Assembly: GCF_009931435.1 (NCBI RefSeq)
Contig: NZ_CP043414.1
Strand: one strand, 5' to 3'
Length of the DNA: 64,000 nt
Source of the DNA: Escherichia coli
Lineage (GTDB): Bacteria > Pseudomonadota > Gammaproteobacteria > Enterobacterales > Enterobacteriaceae
Positions 37,168 through 51,171 of the stretch are shown piece after piece (positions within the stretch are counted from its first letter, which is position 1; every line of letters starts with the position of its first letter). Below the pieces are notes generated by a model. That model was given only the letters and a program-made list of their open reading frames with translations. It did not search any database and was not told where the DNA came from. The translations under genes were made by a program, and so were the position numbers.

Positions 37168-38094
37168 ATGACTGAACAACAAATTAGCCGAACTCAGGCG
37201 TGGCTGGAAAGTTTACGACCTAAAACCCTTCCCCTCGCCTTTGCTGCAATTATCGTCGGGACGGCGCTGGCATGGTGGCAAGGTCACTTCGATCCGCTGG
37301 TCGCCCTGCTGGCACTGATTACCGCCGGACTGCTTCAAATTCTCTCTAACCTCGCTAATGATTACGGCGATGCAGTAAAAGGCAGCGATAAACCTGACCG
37401 CATTGGCCCGCTACGTGGCATGCAAAAAGGGGTCATTACCCAGCAAGAGATGAAACGGGCGCTCATTATTACCGTCGTGCTCATCTGTCTCTCCGGACTA
37501 GCACTGGTTGCAGTGGCGTGCCATACGCTGGCCGATTTTGTCGGTTTCCTGATTCTTGGCGGGTTGTCGATCATTGCCGCTATCACCTACACCGTGGGCA
37601 ATCGTCCTTATGGTTATATCGGTCTGGGTGATATTTCCGTACTGGTTTTCTTTGGCTGGTTAAGCGTCATGGGCAGCTGGTATTTACAGGCTCATACGTT
37701 GATTCCGGCGTTGATCCTTCCGGCGACCGCATGCGGCCTGCTGGCAACGGCAGTACTGAACATTAATAACCTGCGTGATATCAATAGCGACCGCGAAAAT
37801 GGCAAAAACACGCTGGTGGTGCGCTTAGGTGAAGTGAACGCGCGTCGTTATCATGCCTGCCTGCTGATGGGCTCTCTGGTGTGTCTGGCGCTGTTTAATC
37901 TCTTTTCACTGCATAGCCTGTGGGGCTGGCTGTTCCTGCTGGCGGCACCATTACTGGTGAAGCAAGCCCGTTATGTGATGCGGGAAATGGACCCGGTGGC
38001 GATGCGACCGATGCTGGAACGCACTGTCAAGGGAGCGTTACTGACTAACCTGCTGTTTGTTTTAGGGATATTCCTAAGCCAGTGGGCAGCATAA
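37168..38094 (+). CDS. menA: 1,4-dihydroxy-2-naphthoate octaprenyltransferase
   Basis: Start MTEQQISRTQAWLESLRPKTL; 308 aa; UbiA-family membrane prenyltransferase. Confidence 0.9.
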   Translation: MTEQQISRTQAWLESLRPKTLPLAFAAIIVGTALAWWQGHFDPLVALLALITAGLLQILSNLANDYGDAVKGSDKPDRIGPLRGMQKGVITQQEMKRALIITVVLICLSGLALVAVACHTLADFVGFLILGGLSIIAAITYTVGNRPYGYIGLGDISVLVFFGWLSVMGSWYLQAHTLIPALILPATACGLLATAVLNINNLRDINSDRENGKNTLVVRLGEVNARRYHACLLMGSLVCLALFNLFSLHSLWGWLFLLAAPLLVKQARYVMREMDPVAMRPMLERTVKGALLTNLLFVLGIFLSQWAA

Positions 38095-38186
38095 CTGACA
38101 AATATCAATTAACAATTGATGATTTTGCCAACAGCCCACATAGCGCGATATACTGAAAATTCTCGCAGCAACTGAATGTTAAGCCT

Positions 38187-38672
38187 ATGAAATACGATAC
38201 TTCCGAGCTTTGTGACATCTATCAAGAAGATGTTAACGTCGTGGAACCGCTGTTCTCCAACTTTGGCGGACGGGCGTCGTTTGGCGGACAAATAATCACG
38301 GTAAAATGTTTCGAGGACAACGGGTTGCTGTACGATCTGCTCGAACAGAATGGCCGTGGTCGTGTTCTCGTCGTTGATGGCGGTGGTTCTGTTCGTCGCG
38401 CACTGGTCGATGCTGAGCTGGCGCGTCTGGCAGTACAAAATGAATGGGAAGGCCTGGTCATTTACGGCGCGGTGCGTCAGGTAGATGACCTGGAAGAGCT
38501 GGATATCGGCATCCAGGCGATGGCAGCAATTCCAGTCGGTGCCGCTGGCGAAGGCATTGGCGAAAGCGATGTCCGCGTTAATTTTGGCGGCGTCACCTTC
38601 TTCTCCGGTGACCATCTTTATGCCGACAATACCGGAATTATTCTTTCAGAAGATCCGCTGGATATTGAATAA
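38187..38672 (+). CDS. rraA: RNase E regulator RraA
   Basis: 161 aa [28 protein letters not shown]. Confidence 0.92.
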
Positions 38673-38930
38673 GTACCTGCCATGCGTTAAAAGGGGAATT
38701 AAATTCCCCTTTTTTATATGCAAAATATTCATAAAGACTATCGTTTGTTTTTATTTAATTCATTTTAAATATCAATAGTTCACATCTGACAATATAAATT
38801 AATTATCGATAAATCATTTCATAAAAATATGCAGCATTAAAAATTAATGCTATATGGTAAATTAACTATTCTGGGAATAGGGATATGAATCATCGTTAGT
38901 AGCGAACGTATTATATAATAAGGGATTGAT

Positions 38931-39647
38931 ATGAGATACGTTATCTTATTAATACTATGGATAATAACTACTTTTCTTAGTCATCTTCAGCACAGCAACC
39001 TACTGTCTGGAGATCCTGGCATGGTTGGCGAGTATATCGGTTCAGTATTTCTGGGGCCGTTGTTACTTCCCGTGCTTGTGTCAGGTATTCTGTGCGCATT
39101 TATTAAAAAAAAACGTAACTTCGCCAGTTTTACTCGCGGGTGCTGTTGGGTATTGGGAATCCTGCTTTTATCCAAAGTCGGCAATACGTTTCGTATGTTT
39201 ACCCCGTGGCAATATACCTTTGAGAATGCTGCGATAACCGTGACTATCCCGAACCGACACTGGAATACGGTTTCCATCAGTACTAATAAAACCATTGATA
39301 TAAGAAGTGAGGATAATAGCGTCTTCATTTCTGCTTTCCGCCTGCCCGCAGGACGTAGCGCCGATGACCCGCTGGAAGCGTTAAAGAAGAAGCAGCGAGA
39401 CAATCTCAAGGATCAATACAATGAGGAAGCCTTCCAGTTTCATGATTGTAATGCCAAACATTTCACCTGTAAGTATCAGGATGTGTTGATAAATTTTGAT
39501 GGTCAGCAGAAAAGAACCATCAGTGTTTATCTTGAAGACACCCCCAGGGCTGTGGGGATCATTGCATTAATGGCGCCAGATACGGCAGATAAATATCGCC
39601 AACAGGCGATGGAGATTATGCTTTCCGCTAAAAATGCAGTGAAGTAA
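38931..39647 (+). CDS. Hypothetical membrane-anchored protein (strain-specific)
   Basis: 238-aa ORF; N-terminal hydrophobic segments (predicted TM) then a ~150-aa soluble domain; preceded by ~240 bp of very AT-rich DNA; no family recognised. Confidence 0.5.
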   Translation: MRYVILLILWIITTFLSHLQHSNLLSGDPGMVGEYIGSVFLGPLLLPVLVSGILCAFIKKKRNFASFTRGCCWVLGILLLSKVGNTFRMFTPWQYTFENAAITVTIPNRHWNTVSISTNKTIDIRSEDNSVFISAFRLPAGRSADDPLEALKKKQRDNLKDQYNEEAFQFHDCNAKHFTCKYQDVLINFDGQQKRTISVYLEDTPRAVGIIALMAPDTADKYRQQAMEIMLSAKNAVK

Positions 39648-39653
39648 AAAATA

Positions 39654-39675
39654 AGGCGCCTTGCGGCGCCTCTGC
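39654..39675. terminator. Hairpin shared by the 238-aa ORF and zapB 3' ends
   Basis: AAGGCGCC-TTGC-GGCGCCT between convergent genes. Confidence 0.4.
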
Positions 39676-39685
39676 GTGGAAGAGA

Positions 39686-39994
<309 letters not shown>

Positions 39995-40356
39995 TTAATA
40001 AATACGAGCGCACTTTAGTTAGCTCCGATTGTATGAAGCCGCGCCATCGCTGTCCAGCGGCACGCCTTGCAGATTACGGTTTGCCACACTTTTCATCCTT
40101 CTCCTGGAGACATAATCCACGCAAATCGAAAATGTTAATAAATTTGTTGCGCGAATGATCTAACAAACATGCATCATGTACAATCAGATGGAATAAATGG
40201 CGCGATAACGCTCATTTTATGACGAAGCACACACATTTTAAGTTCGATATTTCTCGTTTTTGCTCGTTAACGATAAGTTTACAGCATGCCTACAAGCATC
40301 GTGGAGGTCCGTGACTTTCACGCATACAACAAACATTAACTCTTCAGGATCCGATT

Positions 40357-42733
<2,377 letters not shown>

Positions 42734-42766
42734 TATCAGGCATCTGAACCAATTGCCTGATACTGA

Positions 42767-42858
42767 TCGCCTGATGCGACGCTTACGCGTCTTATCAGGC
42801 CTACGAGCCGATGCCATTTTGTGTAGGCCGGATAAGGCGTTCACGCCGCATCCGGCAT
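42767..42858. repeat. REP/BIME palindromic units
   Basis: CCTGATGCGACGCTTACGCGTCTTATCAGGCCTAC and GTAGGCCGGATAAGGCGTTCACGCCGCATCCGGCA. Confidence 0.75.
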
Positions 42859-42963
42859 GTCGTAGACTCTGAAATCGTGCGGGGGCAACCCCCGCACACA
42901 TCAATAATCCTGCCCTTCCCCTGTGCTACACTTCGCGCCATTCCTTACTGCTTAGAGTTTGCT

Positions 42964-43974
42964 ATGAGACGAGAACTTGCCATCGAATTTTCCCGCGTCA
43001 CCGAATCTGCGGCGCTGGCTGGCTACAAATGGTTAGGACGCGGCGATAAAAACACCGCGGACGGCGCGGCGGTTAACGCCATGCGTATTATGCTCAACCA
43101 GGTCAACATTGACGGCACCATCGTCATTGGTGAAGGTGAAATCGACGAAGCACCGATGCTCTACATTGGTGAAAAAGTCGGTACCGGTCGCGGTGATGCG
43201 GTAGATATTGCTGTTGATCCGATTGAAGGCACGCGCATGACGGCGATGGGCCAGGCTAACGCGCTGGCGGTGCTGGCAGTAGGCGATAAAGGCTGCTTCC
43301 TCAACGCGCCGGATATGTATATGGAAAAGCTGATCGTCGGGCCGGGAGCGAAAGGCGTCATTGACCTGAATCTGCCGCTGGCGGATAACCTGCGCAATGT
43401 TGCGGCGGCGCTCGGCAAACCGTTGAGCGAACTGACGGTAACGATTCTGGCAAAACCGCGCCACGATGCCGTTATCGCAGAAATGCAGCAACTCGGCGTG
43501 CGCGTATTTGCTATTCCGGATGGCGATGTGGCAGCCTCAATTCTCACCTGTATGCCAGACAGCGAAGTTGACGTGCTGTACGGTATTGGTGGCGCGCCGG
43601 AAGGCGTGGTTTCTGCGGCGGTGATCCGCGCATTAGATGGCGACATGAATGGTCGTCTGCTGGCACGTCATGACGTCAAAGGCGACAACGAAGAAAATCG
43701 CCGCATTGGCGAGCAGGAGCTGGCTCGCTGCAAAGCGATGGGCATCGAAGCGGGTAAAGTGTTGCGTCTGGGCGATATGGCGCGCAGCGACAACGTCATC
43801 TTTTCTGCCACTGGCATCACCAAAGGTGATCTGCTGGAAGGTATTAGCCGCAAAGGCAATATCGCCACCACCGAAACACTGCTGATCCGCGGTAAATCAC
43901 GCACCATTCGTCGCATTCAATCCATCCACTATCTGGATCGTAAAGACCCGGAAATGCAGGTGCACATTCTCTGA
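42964..43974 (+). CDS. glpX: Fructose-1,6-bisphosphatase class II
   Basis: Start MRRELAIEFSRVTESAALAGYKW; 336 aa. Confidence 0.93.
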   Translation: MRRELAIEFSRVTESAALAGYKWLGRGDKNTADGAAVNAMRIMLNQVNIDGTIVIGEGEIDEAPMLYIGEKVGTGRGDAVDIAVDPIEGTRMTAMGQANALAVLAVGDKGCFLNAPDMYMEKLIVGPGAKGVIDLNLPLADNLRNVAAALGKPLSELTVTILAKPRHDAVIAEMQQLGVRVFAIPDGDVAASILTCMPDSEVDVLYGIGGAPEGVVSAAVIRALDGDMNGRLLARHDVKGDNEENRRIGEQELARCKAMGIEAGKVLRLGDMARSDNVIFSATGITKGDLLEGISRKGNIATTETLLIRGKSRTIRRIQSIHYLDRKDPEMQVHIL

Positions 43975-44070
43975 GTGATTTGATCGATTGAGCCTTCCAG
44001 TCCTTCGGGACTGGAATTTTTTTGTTCGGAGAACGAAGATAAGGCAAGTCAATCAAAACAGGAGAAAAAC

Positions 44071-44817
44071 ATGGCTGATTGGGTAACAGGCAAAGTCACT
44101 AAAGTGCAGAACTGGACCGACGCCCTGTTTAGTCTCACCGTTCACGCTCCCGTGCTTCCATTTACTGCCGGGCAATTCACCAAACTAGGCCTTGAAATTG
44201 ACGGCGAACGCGTCCAGCGTGCCTATTCCTACGTTAACTCTCCTGATAATCCCGATCTGGAGTTTTACCTGGTGACCGTCCCCGATGGAAAATTAAGCCC
44301 ACGATTAGCGGCACTGAAACCGGGCGATGAAGTACAGGTGGTTAGCGAAGCAGCTGGCTTCTTTGTGCTGGATGAGGTCCCTGACTGCGAAACACTGTGG
44401 ATGCTGGCAACCGGTACAGCGATTGGCCCTTATTTATCAATTCTGCAACTGGGCAAAGATTTAGATCGCTTCAAAAATCTGGTTCTGGTTCACGCCGCAC
44501 GTTATGCCGCCGACTTAAGTTATCTGCCACTGATGCAAGAACTGGAAAAACGCTACGAAGGGAAACTGCGCATTCAGACGGTGGTCAGTCGGGAAACGGC
44601 GGCGGGTTCGCTCACCGGGCGAATACCGGCGTTAATTGAAAGTGGTGAACTGGAAAGTGAGGTGGGCTTGCCGATGGATAAAGAAACCAGCCATGTGATG
44701 CTGTGCGGCAATCCACAGATGGTTCGCGATACGCAACAGTTGCTAAAAGAAACCCGGCAGATGACGAAACATTTACGTCGTCGACCGGGCCATATGACAG
44801 CGGAGCATTACTGGTAA
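44071..44817 (+). CDS. fpr: Ferredoxin/flavodoxin-NADP+ reductase
   Basis: 248 aa MADWVTGKVTKVQNWTDALFSL. Confidence 0.93.
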   Translation: MADWVTGKVTKVQNWTDALFSLTVHAPVLPFTAGQFTKLGLEIDGERVQRAYSYVNSPDNPDLEFYLVTVPDGKLSPRLAALKPGDEVQVVSEAAGFFVLDEVPDCETLWMLATGTAIGPYLSILQLGKDLDRFKNLVLVHAARYAADLSYLPLMQELEKRYEGKLRIQTVVSRETAAGSLTGRIPALIESGELESEVGLPMDKETSHVMLCGNPQMVRDTQQLLKETRQMTKHLRRRPGHMTAEHYW

Positions 44818-44821
44818 GCGG

Positions 44822-45250
44822 TTACTTATCGATAAACGGCACGATGAGCAGATCCGCTTTCAACTTATTGATCATCCCGCGGTATGCCGGCATCAAACGG
44901 TTGATAAATGAGTGGTGATGACCACAGACAAGGAGGTCGCACTGCTCTTGTTGCATAATATCCAGCAGTGTTTCCGGCATTTCCCCACGTTCAATACGCA
45001 GTTTTGTCTTCGGCCATTGAATATTTTTCGTCAGTTTATACAGCTTGTTATCCGACTTATTCTTCAACAATTGAAGAATATCCTCTGTTGCAGGGAAGTA
45101 GATACCCGGATACAACTCGCTTAAGCCATCATCAATATGAATTAACGTCAGGTGAGCGTCATTATGTCTGGCGAGCTCCAGGGCTTTATTCACCAGTAAG
45201 GCATCTTCTTCATTCCCGGAAATTGCCACGCCAATGTGTTTATAAGCCAT
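44822..45250 (-). CDS. uspD: Universal stress protein D
   Basis: 142 aa [20 protein letters not shown]. Confidence 0.9.
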   Translation of the reverse strand: MAYKHIGVAISGNEEDALLVNKALELARHNDAHLTLIHIDDGLSELYPGIYFPATEDILQLLKNKSDNKLYKLTKNIQWPKTKLRIERGEMPETLLDIMQQEQCDLLVCGHHHSFINRLMPAYRGMINKLKADLLIVPFIDK

Positions 45251-45276
45251 GTTTAACTCCTTCTAAAGCAACTCCA

Positions 45277-45576
45277 TCAAGCTAACGAACGCAGTGATAA
45301 CTCAAAAATAATCATCTCGGCCTGGCATGAGAAGGTGAAGGCCGCATCAAGCTCAACTTGCCCCTCCAGATCCTTAATCTTATAGGCCACGCTGGCCCCT
45401 TCATCCGCAGAGGATGCAGCGGCGGCAAGCTCTTTCAGTTTAGTCATAAAGGACTCTGCTTCTTCGCGGGTGGCAAAAAAGCGCGAAAACTTACTGGTAC
45501 AGTTGTCGTTATCAATCACCGTACCGATATCAATCGCACATCCTTTAGTACTGCATTTATCTACGACATCTTTCAT
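45277..45576 (-). CDS. yiiS: DUF406-family protein
   Basis: 99-aa ORF, synteny. Confidence 0.85.
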   Translation of the reverse strand: MKDVVDKCSTKGCAIDIGTVIDNDNCTSKFSRFFATREEAESFMTKLKELAAAASSADEGASVAYKIKDLEGQVELDAAFTFSCQAEMIIFELSLRSLA

Positions 45577-45787
45577 AGGGCACCTCTGTATATTCGCCTC
45601 TCTGTCGATTACGACTTAAGAATAATGCGCCGTTAAGGGAAGAACAAACAAGTAATGATCTTATGGATTACCATTTTTTTTGATATTGCTTAAGGTGAAG
45701 AGATCAGAAGGATTTTCCGGGCATTGTCATTTTCAACGTGGAAATAACAAACCCGGAAAAAAATAGCAGTAAGAGATATATTAAAGG

Positions 45788-46228
45788 TTAATTACTTGAT
45801 TTATTGTCGGCTTTATACTTCACATCCTGAGTATCTTTACCATATTTATTTTCGCCTTGTGTGCCAACAAACGCCCCAAGATCGATAAGCATCATCACCA
45901 GAATCAACGTCGGGACAAAACGCCCCACCGCCCATTGCCAGACACCAGGTAAAATCGCCCAGTTACCCGCCAGCAGCATCCACGCCACAATCATCAGAAA
46001 TGCCCATGCGCCGGAACGCCCGCGATCATGCAAGCGCTTAACGGTTACTGCCGCTGTTGGCCAAAGCAAGCACACAAGGCAAAACGCCGCGGTCTGAATA
46101 TCGAGTAAATTTTTACCCGCCAGTGAGAAAAGCACCAGCATGCCTGCGAACCACAGGCCTATCCAAATCCAGAAATCACGGCGTCCAATACGCCCTTTAA
46201 ATGAAAATAACCATTGCTGTATGGTCAT
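45788..46228 (-). CDS. yiiR: DUF805-family inner-membrane protein
   Basis: 146-aa ORF, hydrophobic, synteny. Confidence 0.85.
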   Translation of the reverse strand: MTIQQWLFSFKGRIGRRDFWIWIGLWFAGMLVLFSLAGKNLLDIQTAAFCLVCLLWPTAAVTVKRLHDRGRSGAWAFLMIVAWMLLAGNWAILPGVWQWAVGRFVPTLILVMMLIDLGAFVGTQGENKYGKDTQDVKYKADNKSSN

Positions 46229-46328
46229 GTAAGTTCCTTGATGGTTGTCTTTTCCAGGATTCTACCCTTTTGACAAGGGCGACAGATATCGTTTTAATCG
46301 GAGCCAGTCATAACAAAAGGTACTGTCA

Positions 46329-46928
46329 ATGAAGCCAGGGTGTACGCTGTTTTTTCTCTTATGTTCTGCATTAACCGTTACAACAGCGGCGCATGCACAA
46401 ACACCAGATACGGCAACGACCGCGCCTTATCTGCTGGCTGGAGCCCCTACTTTCGATCTCTCCATCAGCCAGTTTCGAGAAGACTTTAACAGCCAGAACC
46501 CCAGCCTGCCACTGAACGAATTTCGTGCCATCGACAGCAGTCCCGACAAAGCCAATCTCACTCGTGCTGCAAGTAAAATTAATGAGAACTTGTATGCTTC
46601 TACAGCGCTGGAGCGCGGTACCTTAAAAATCAAAAGCATTCAAATGACCTGGCTACCCATCCAGGGGCCAGAGCAAAAAGCCGCGAAAGCGAAAGCTCAG
46701 GAATACATGGCAGCGGTGATCCGCACACTCACCCCATTAATGACCAAAACACAAAGCCAGAAAAAACTGCAGTCGCTACTAACGGCGGGGAAAAACAAAC
46801 GTTATTACACCGAGACCGAAGGTGCACTGCGTTATGTTGTCGCGGACAACGGCGAAAAGGGGCTGACCTTCGCTGTTGAACCGATTAAGCTGGCGCTATC
46901 TGAATCGCTTGAAGGTTTGAATAAATGA
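46329..46928 (+). CDS. yiiQ: DUF1454-family periplasmic protein
   Basis: 199-aa ORF with signal peptide, synteny. Confidence 0.85.
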   Translation: MKPGCTLFFLLCSALTVTTAAHAQTPDTATTAPYLLAGAPTFDLSISQFREDFNSQNPSLPLNEFRAIDSSPDKANLTRAASKINENLYASTALERGTLKIKSIQMTWLPIQGPEQKAAKAKAQEYMAAVIRTLTPLMTKTQSQKKLQSLLTAGKNKRYYTETEGALRYVVADNGEKGLTFAVEPIKLALSESLEGLNK

Positions 46929-47035
46929 CAAAAAGCAAAGCCTTTGTGCCGATGAATCTCTATACTGTTTCACAGACCTGCTGCCCTGCGGGGCGGCCAT
47001 CTTCCTTTATTCGCTTATAAGCGTGGAGAATTAAA

Positions 47036-47803
47036 ATGCGACATCCTTTAGTGATGGGTAACTGGAAACTGAACGGCAGCCGCCACATGGTTCACGAGCT
47101 GGTTTCTAACCTGCGTAAAGAGCTGGCAGGTGTTGCTGGCTGTGCGGTTGCAATCGCACCACCGGAAATGTACATCGATATGGCGAAGCGCGAAGCTGAA
47201 GGCAGCCACATCATGCTGGGTGCGCAAAACGTGGACCTGAACCTGTCCGGCGCATTCACCGGTGAAACCTCTGCTGCTATGCTGAAAGACATCGGCGCAC
47301 AGTACATCATCATCGGCCACTCTGAACGTCGTACTTACCACAAAGAGTCTGACGAACTGATCGCGAAAAAATTCGCGGTGCTGAAAGAGCAGGGTCTGAC
47401 TCCGGTTCTGTGCATCGGTGAAACCGAAGCTGAAAACGAAGCGGGCAAAACTGAAGAAGTTTGTGCACGTCAGATCGACGCGGTACTGAAAACTCAGGGT
47501 GCTGCAGCATTCGAAGGTGCGGTAATCGCTTACGAACCAGTATGGGCAATCGGTACTGGCAAATCGGCAACTCCGGCGCAGGCACAGGCTGTTCACAAAT
47601 TCATCCGTGACCACATCGCTAAAGTTGACGCTAACATCGCTGAACAAGTGATCATCCAGTACGGCGGCTCTGTAAACGCGTCTAACGCTGCAGAACTGTT
47701 TGCTCAGCCAGACATCGACGGCGCGCTGGTTGGCGGTGCTTCTCTGAAAGCTGACGCTTTCGCAGTGATCGTTAAAGCTGCAGAAGCGGCTAAACAGGCT
47801 TAA
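47036..47803 (+). CDS. tpiA: Triosephosphate isomerase
   Basis: 255 aa [15 protein letters not shown] ... [11 protein letters not shown]. Confidence 0.96.
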
Positions 47804-47857
47804 GTCTGACAGGTGCCGGATTTCATATCCGGCACTTACTTTCCTTAACTCCTCGCC

Positions 47858-48613
47858 TTAACGCAAAATCTCACACTGATGATCCTGGATTTCCTCGGCT
47901 GAAGCACGGTTCAGCGTCAGTAGATTTCGTTGTGTCGCCAGCAACACAAACGAATTATCACTCTGCCGCACCATCGCCAGCCCGTAGCTTCCCATATGTT
48001 CCCGCGCTTCAGGCACTTCTTCTGCAAGCATCATAAATGGGCTGCGTTGTACCAGTTCGCTTTCCGTTACCCGACGCGCCAGGTATTCATGCCCGTGCAA
48101 ACCACCTGGCAGTGGCAACCAGCGGCTGCTGATGTTCGCCAGATTGTTATCCAGCTGTTCGCGCACATCAGGACGAATACAAGAGATATGAATATGAAAA
48201 TGGTTTTGCGTACGCCCGGTGCGAGAGTTGATCGCCAAAGAAACCGCGCGATCGGGAACCGGCTGGCCGTATTTTTTGCTCATAAAATCACGCGCCTGCC
48301 AGGCCAACCAAAAGAAGTTCGGCGTTGAAGGATCGGTCAACAAAGGACTTTCAGTACCGTTAATACGATACGTTGGCATCAACAGATATTGCAGTGGGCC
48401 ATTAAGATCTTTTAAAACCACGTATCCGGCATTAGGTTTGACTTCCGCACATGGCGAAGGATTTTGATTTTGCTGCTGATTGGGCAAACATTCCTCAAGG
48501 ACAATCTTACGTAATGTATCCGACTCTTCACCGGTTAATTTCCAGTAACCAATACCGGCAGCCACAACGGCGATAACTATCATCACCAAAAAAAGAAGAC
48601 CCGCTTTTTTCAT
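47858..48613 (-). CDS. cdh: CDP-diacylglycerol pyrophosphatase
   Basis: Internal start [20 protein letters not shown] at 48613 (251 aa); the longer 315-aa ORF-track extension is rejected. Confidence 0.9.
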   Translation of the reverse strand: MKKAGLLFLVMIVIAVVAAGIGYWKLTGEESDTLRKIVLEECLPNQQQNQNPSPCAEVKPNAGYVVLKDLNGPLQYLLMPTYRINGTESPLLTDPSTPNFFWLAWQARDFMSKKYGQPVPDRAVSLAINSRTGRTQNHFHIHISCIRPDVREQLDNNLANISSRWLPLPGGLHGHEYLARRVTESELVQRSPFMMLAEEVPEAREHMGSYGLAMVRQSDNSFVLLATQRNLLTLNRASAEEIQDHQCEILR

Positions 48614-48719
48614 CTTTTTTTCCCTGTACCTCAAAGAGATGCAAGGGTAACGCAAAATCGTGACAAATAAAAAACCCGGTCGCGAGAAACCACCGGGTTT
48701 GATAATTATCCTGTGGAAA

Positions 48720-49709
48720 TCAGCGTTTGCTGATCTGATCGAACGTACCGCCGTTAGCAAAATGCTCTTTTTGCGCTTTCGTCCAGCCGCCGAACTCTTC
48801 ATCAATGGTGAATAACTTCAATTTTGGAAACGCATTTTCGTACTTTTTCGCTACCTCAGCGTCGCGCGGACGGTAGTAGTTTTTCGCGGCAATTTCCTGA
48901 CCTTCTGGCGAGTAGAGATATTTCAGGTAGGCTTCCGCCACCTCTTTAGTACCTTTTTTCTCAACCACTTTATCGACCACCGACACGGTTGGCTCTGCGA
49001 GGATAGACTCACTCGGCGTGACGATTTCGAATTTATCTTTCCCCAGTTCATTCGCTGCCAGCAGAGCTTCGTTTTCCCAGGCAATCAGTACATCGCCAAT
49101 TCCGCGCTCGACAAAAGTGTTAGTGGAGCCGCGCGCGCCAGAATCCAGAACTTCGACGTTTTTATACAGTGCCCGAACAAAATCCTGCGCTTTTGCCTGA
49201 TCGTTGTTGTTGTGGTGCAGCGCGTAGCCCCAGGCAGCCAGGTAGTTCCAGCGCGCGCCACCAGAGCTTTTCGGATTAGGCGTGATCACCGAAACACCCG
49301 GTTTAATCAGATCGTTCCAGTCATGGATCTGCTTCGGATTGCCCTTACGTACCAGGAAAACAATGGTGGAAGTGTACGGTGCGGAGTTATCCGGCAGACG
49401 TTTGATCCACTCTTTATCAATCCGCCCGCGTTCCGCAATTGCGTCCACGTCATAGGCCAGAGCCAGAGTGACAACATCAGCTTCAATACCATTGATTACC
49501 GACGTCGCTTGTTTGCCTGAACCACCGTGTGACTGACGAATCACCACGTTATCGCCAGTTTGCTGTTTCCAGTGGGCGCTGAATGCCTTGTTGTACTGTT
49601 CGTACAATTCGCGCGTTGGATCATATGAAACGTTAAGAAGCTGAATATCCTTTGCCATAACGCTGGTTGCCGCCAGCAAAAATGTTAACCCTACGCCCCA
49701 CTTGTTCAT
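48720..49709 (-). CDS. sbp: Periplasmic sulfate-binding protein
   Basis: 329 aa [35 protein letters not shown]. Confidence 0.95.
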
Positions 49710-49874
49710 CGCCCGACTCTCTTATGTTGTGTTGTGATGAGCAAAGCGTGCCAGAAGGTTAACCAAACATTAAAGAATAAAAAAAGATTGGCTATAACTT
49801 GCGGGTATATGTTGGGGGATTAAAAAGGCGGAAGAAATCCGCCTTAGATTGCTGACAAAGTGCGCTTTGTCCAT

Positions 49875-49972
49875 GCCATATGCGGCGCGAACGCCTTATA
49901 CGGCCTACAAAAGTTTGCAAATTCAATAAATTGCAGAATTCATGTAGGCCTGATAAGCGAAGCGCATCAGGC
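49875..49972. repeat. REP/BIME palindromic units
   Basis: GCCATATGCGGCGCGAACGCCTTATACGGCCTAC and GTAGGCCTGATAAGCGAAGCGCATCAGGC. Confidence 0.75.
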
Positions 49973-50028
49973 ATTTTTGCTTCTGTCATCGGTTTCAGGC
50001 TAAAGGAATCTGCCTTTTTCCGAAATCA

Positions 50029-50991
50029 TTAATACAGTTTTTTCGCGCAGTCCAGCCAGTCGCCTTTGAACGGACGCTTCATGTTTTCGATAGCGTCGAT
50101 GATGTCGTGGTGAACCAGCTGTTCGTTCTGGATACCTACACAACGACCGCCGTAACCTGCCAGCAGCAGTTCAATGGCGTAAGCACCCATACGGGAAGCC
50201 AGAATACGGTCGTAAGGCACCGGAGAACCACCACGCTGAATGTGGCCCAACACAGTTGCACGGGTTTCACGACCAGTTTCTTTCTCGATGAAATGCGCCA
50301 GTTCGTCAACATCACACATGTGTTCGGTAATCGCCACAATGGCGTGTTTCTTACCTTTCGCGATACCCGCTTTGATTTCATTTACCAGGTCATCACGGCT
50401 GAATTCAACTTCCGGAACCACAACGAATTCACAACCACCGGCGATGGCCGCAGCCAGGGTCAGATCGCCACAGTAACGCCCCATCACTTCCACCACGGAA
50501 ATACGCTGGTGAGAAGAAGAGGTGTCACGCAGGCGGTCGATCGCTTCTACAACGGTGCTCAGCGCAGTGAAGAAACCGATAGTGTAGTCAGTGCCTTTGA
50601 TGTCGTTGTCGATAGTGCCCGGCAGGCCGATGCACGGGAAGCCCATTTCGGTCAGACGCATTGCACCCATGTAGGAACCGTCACCGCCGATAACCACCAG
50701 CGCGTCGATACCACGTTTTTTCAGGTTTTCGATAGCCACGGCGCGGATGTTCTCGTCGCGGAATTCCGGGAAACGCGCAGAACCGAGGAACGTACCGCCA
50801 CGGTTGATCATGTCAGACACGCTGTAACGGTCTAGCTGTACCATACGGTCTTCATACAGACCCAGATAGCCGTCATAAATACCCATTACTTCCAGACCTT
50901 CTGTCAGCGCAGAACGAACAACCCCGCGAATTGCGGCGTTCATGCCTGGCGCATCACCGCCGCTTGTCAACACACCGATTTTCTTAATCAT
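50029..50991 (-). CDS. pfkA: 6-phosphofructokinase I
   Basis: Internal start [23 protein letters not shown] at 50991; 320 aa. Confidence 0.96.
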   Translation of the reverse strand: MIKKIGVLTSGGDAPGMNAAIRGVVRSALTEGLEVMGIYDGYLGLYEDRMVQLDRYSVSDMINRGGTFLGSARFPEFRDENIRAVAIENLKKRGIDALVVIGGDGSYMGAMRLTEMGFPCIGLPGTIDNDIKGTDYTIGFFTALSTVVEAIDRLRDTSSSHQRISVVEVMGRYCGDLTLAAAIAGGCEFVVVPEVEFSRDDLVNEIKAGIAKGKKHAIVAITEHMCDVDELAHFIEKETGRETRATVLGHIQRGGSPVPYDRILASRMGAYAIELLLAGYGGRCVGIQNEQLVHHDIIDAIENMKRPFKGDWLDCAKKLY

Positions 50992-51171
50992 GACTACCTC
51001 TGAACTTTGGAATGCAAAATGAAATCTGTTGCCGGAAGTCTTCTTGCACATCGAAGTGATCCAACGAATGTGCAAATAGTATAACAATCACTTCCTGCTG
51101 AATTGATTCAGGTCAGGCCAAATGGCGGTATTTTATACACAAAATGCGGGTCTGGCTCTCTTTTATACTGA

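Noticed and set aside
47048-47647. 199-aa minus-strand ORF
   Set aside because: It is antisense to tpiA.
50107-50835. 242-aa plus-strand ORF
   Set aside because: It is antisense to pfkA.
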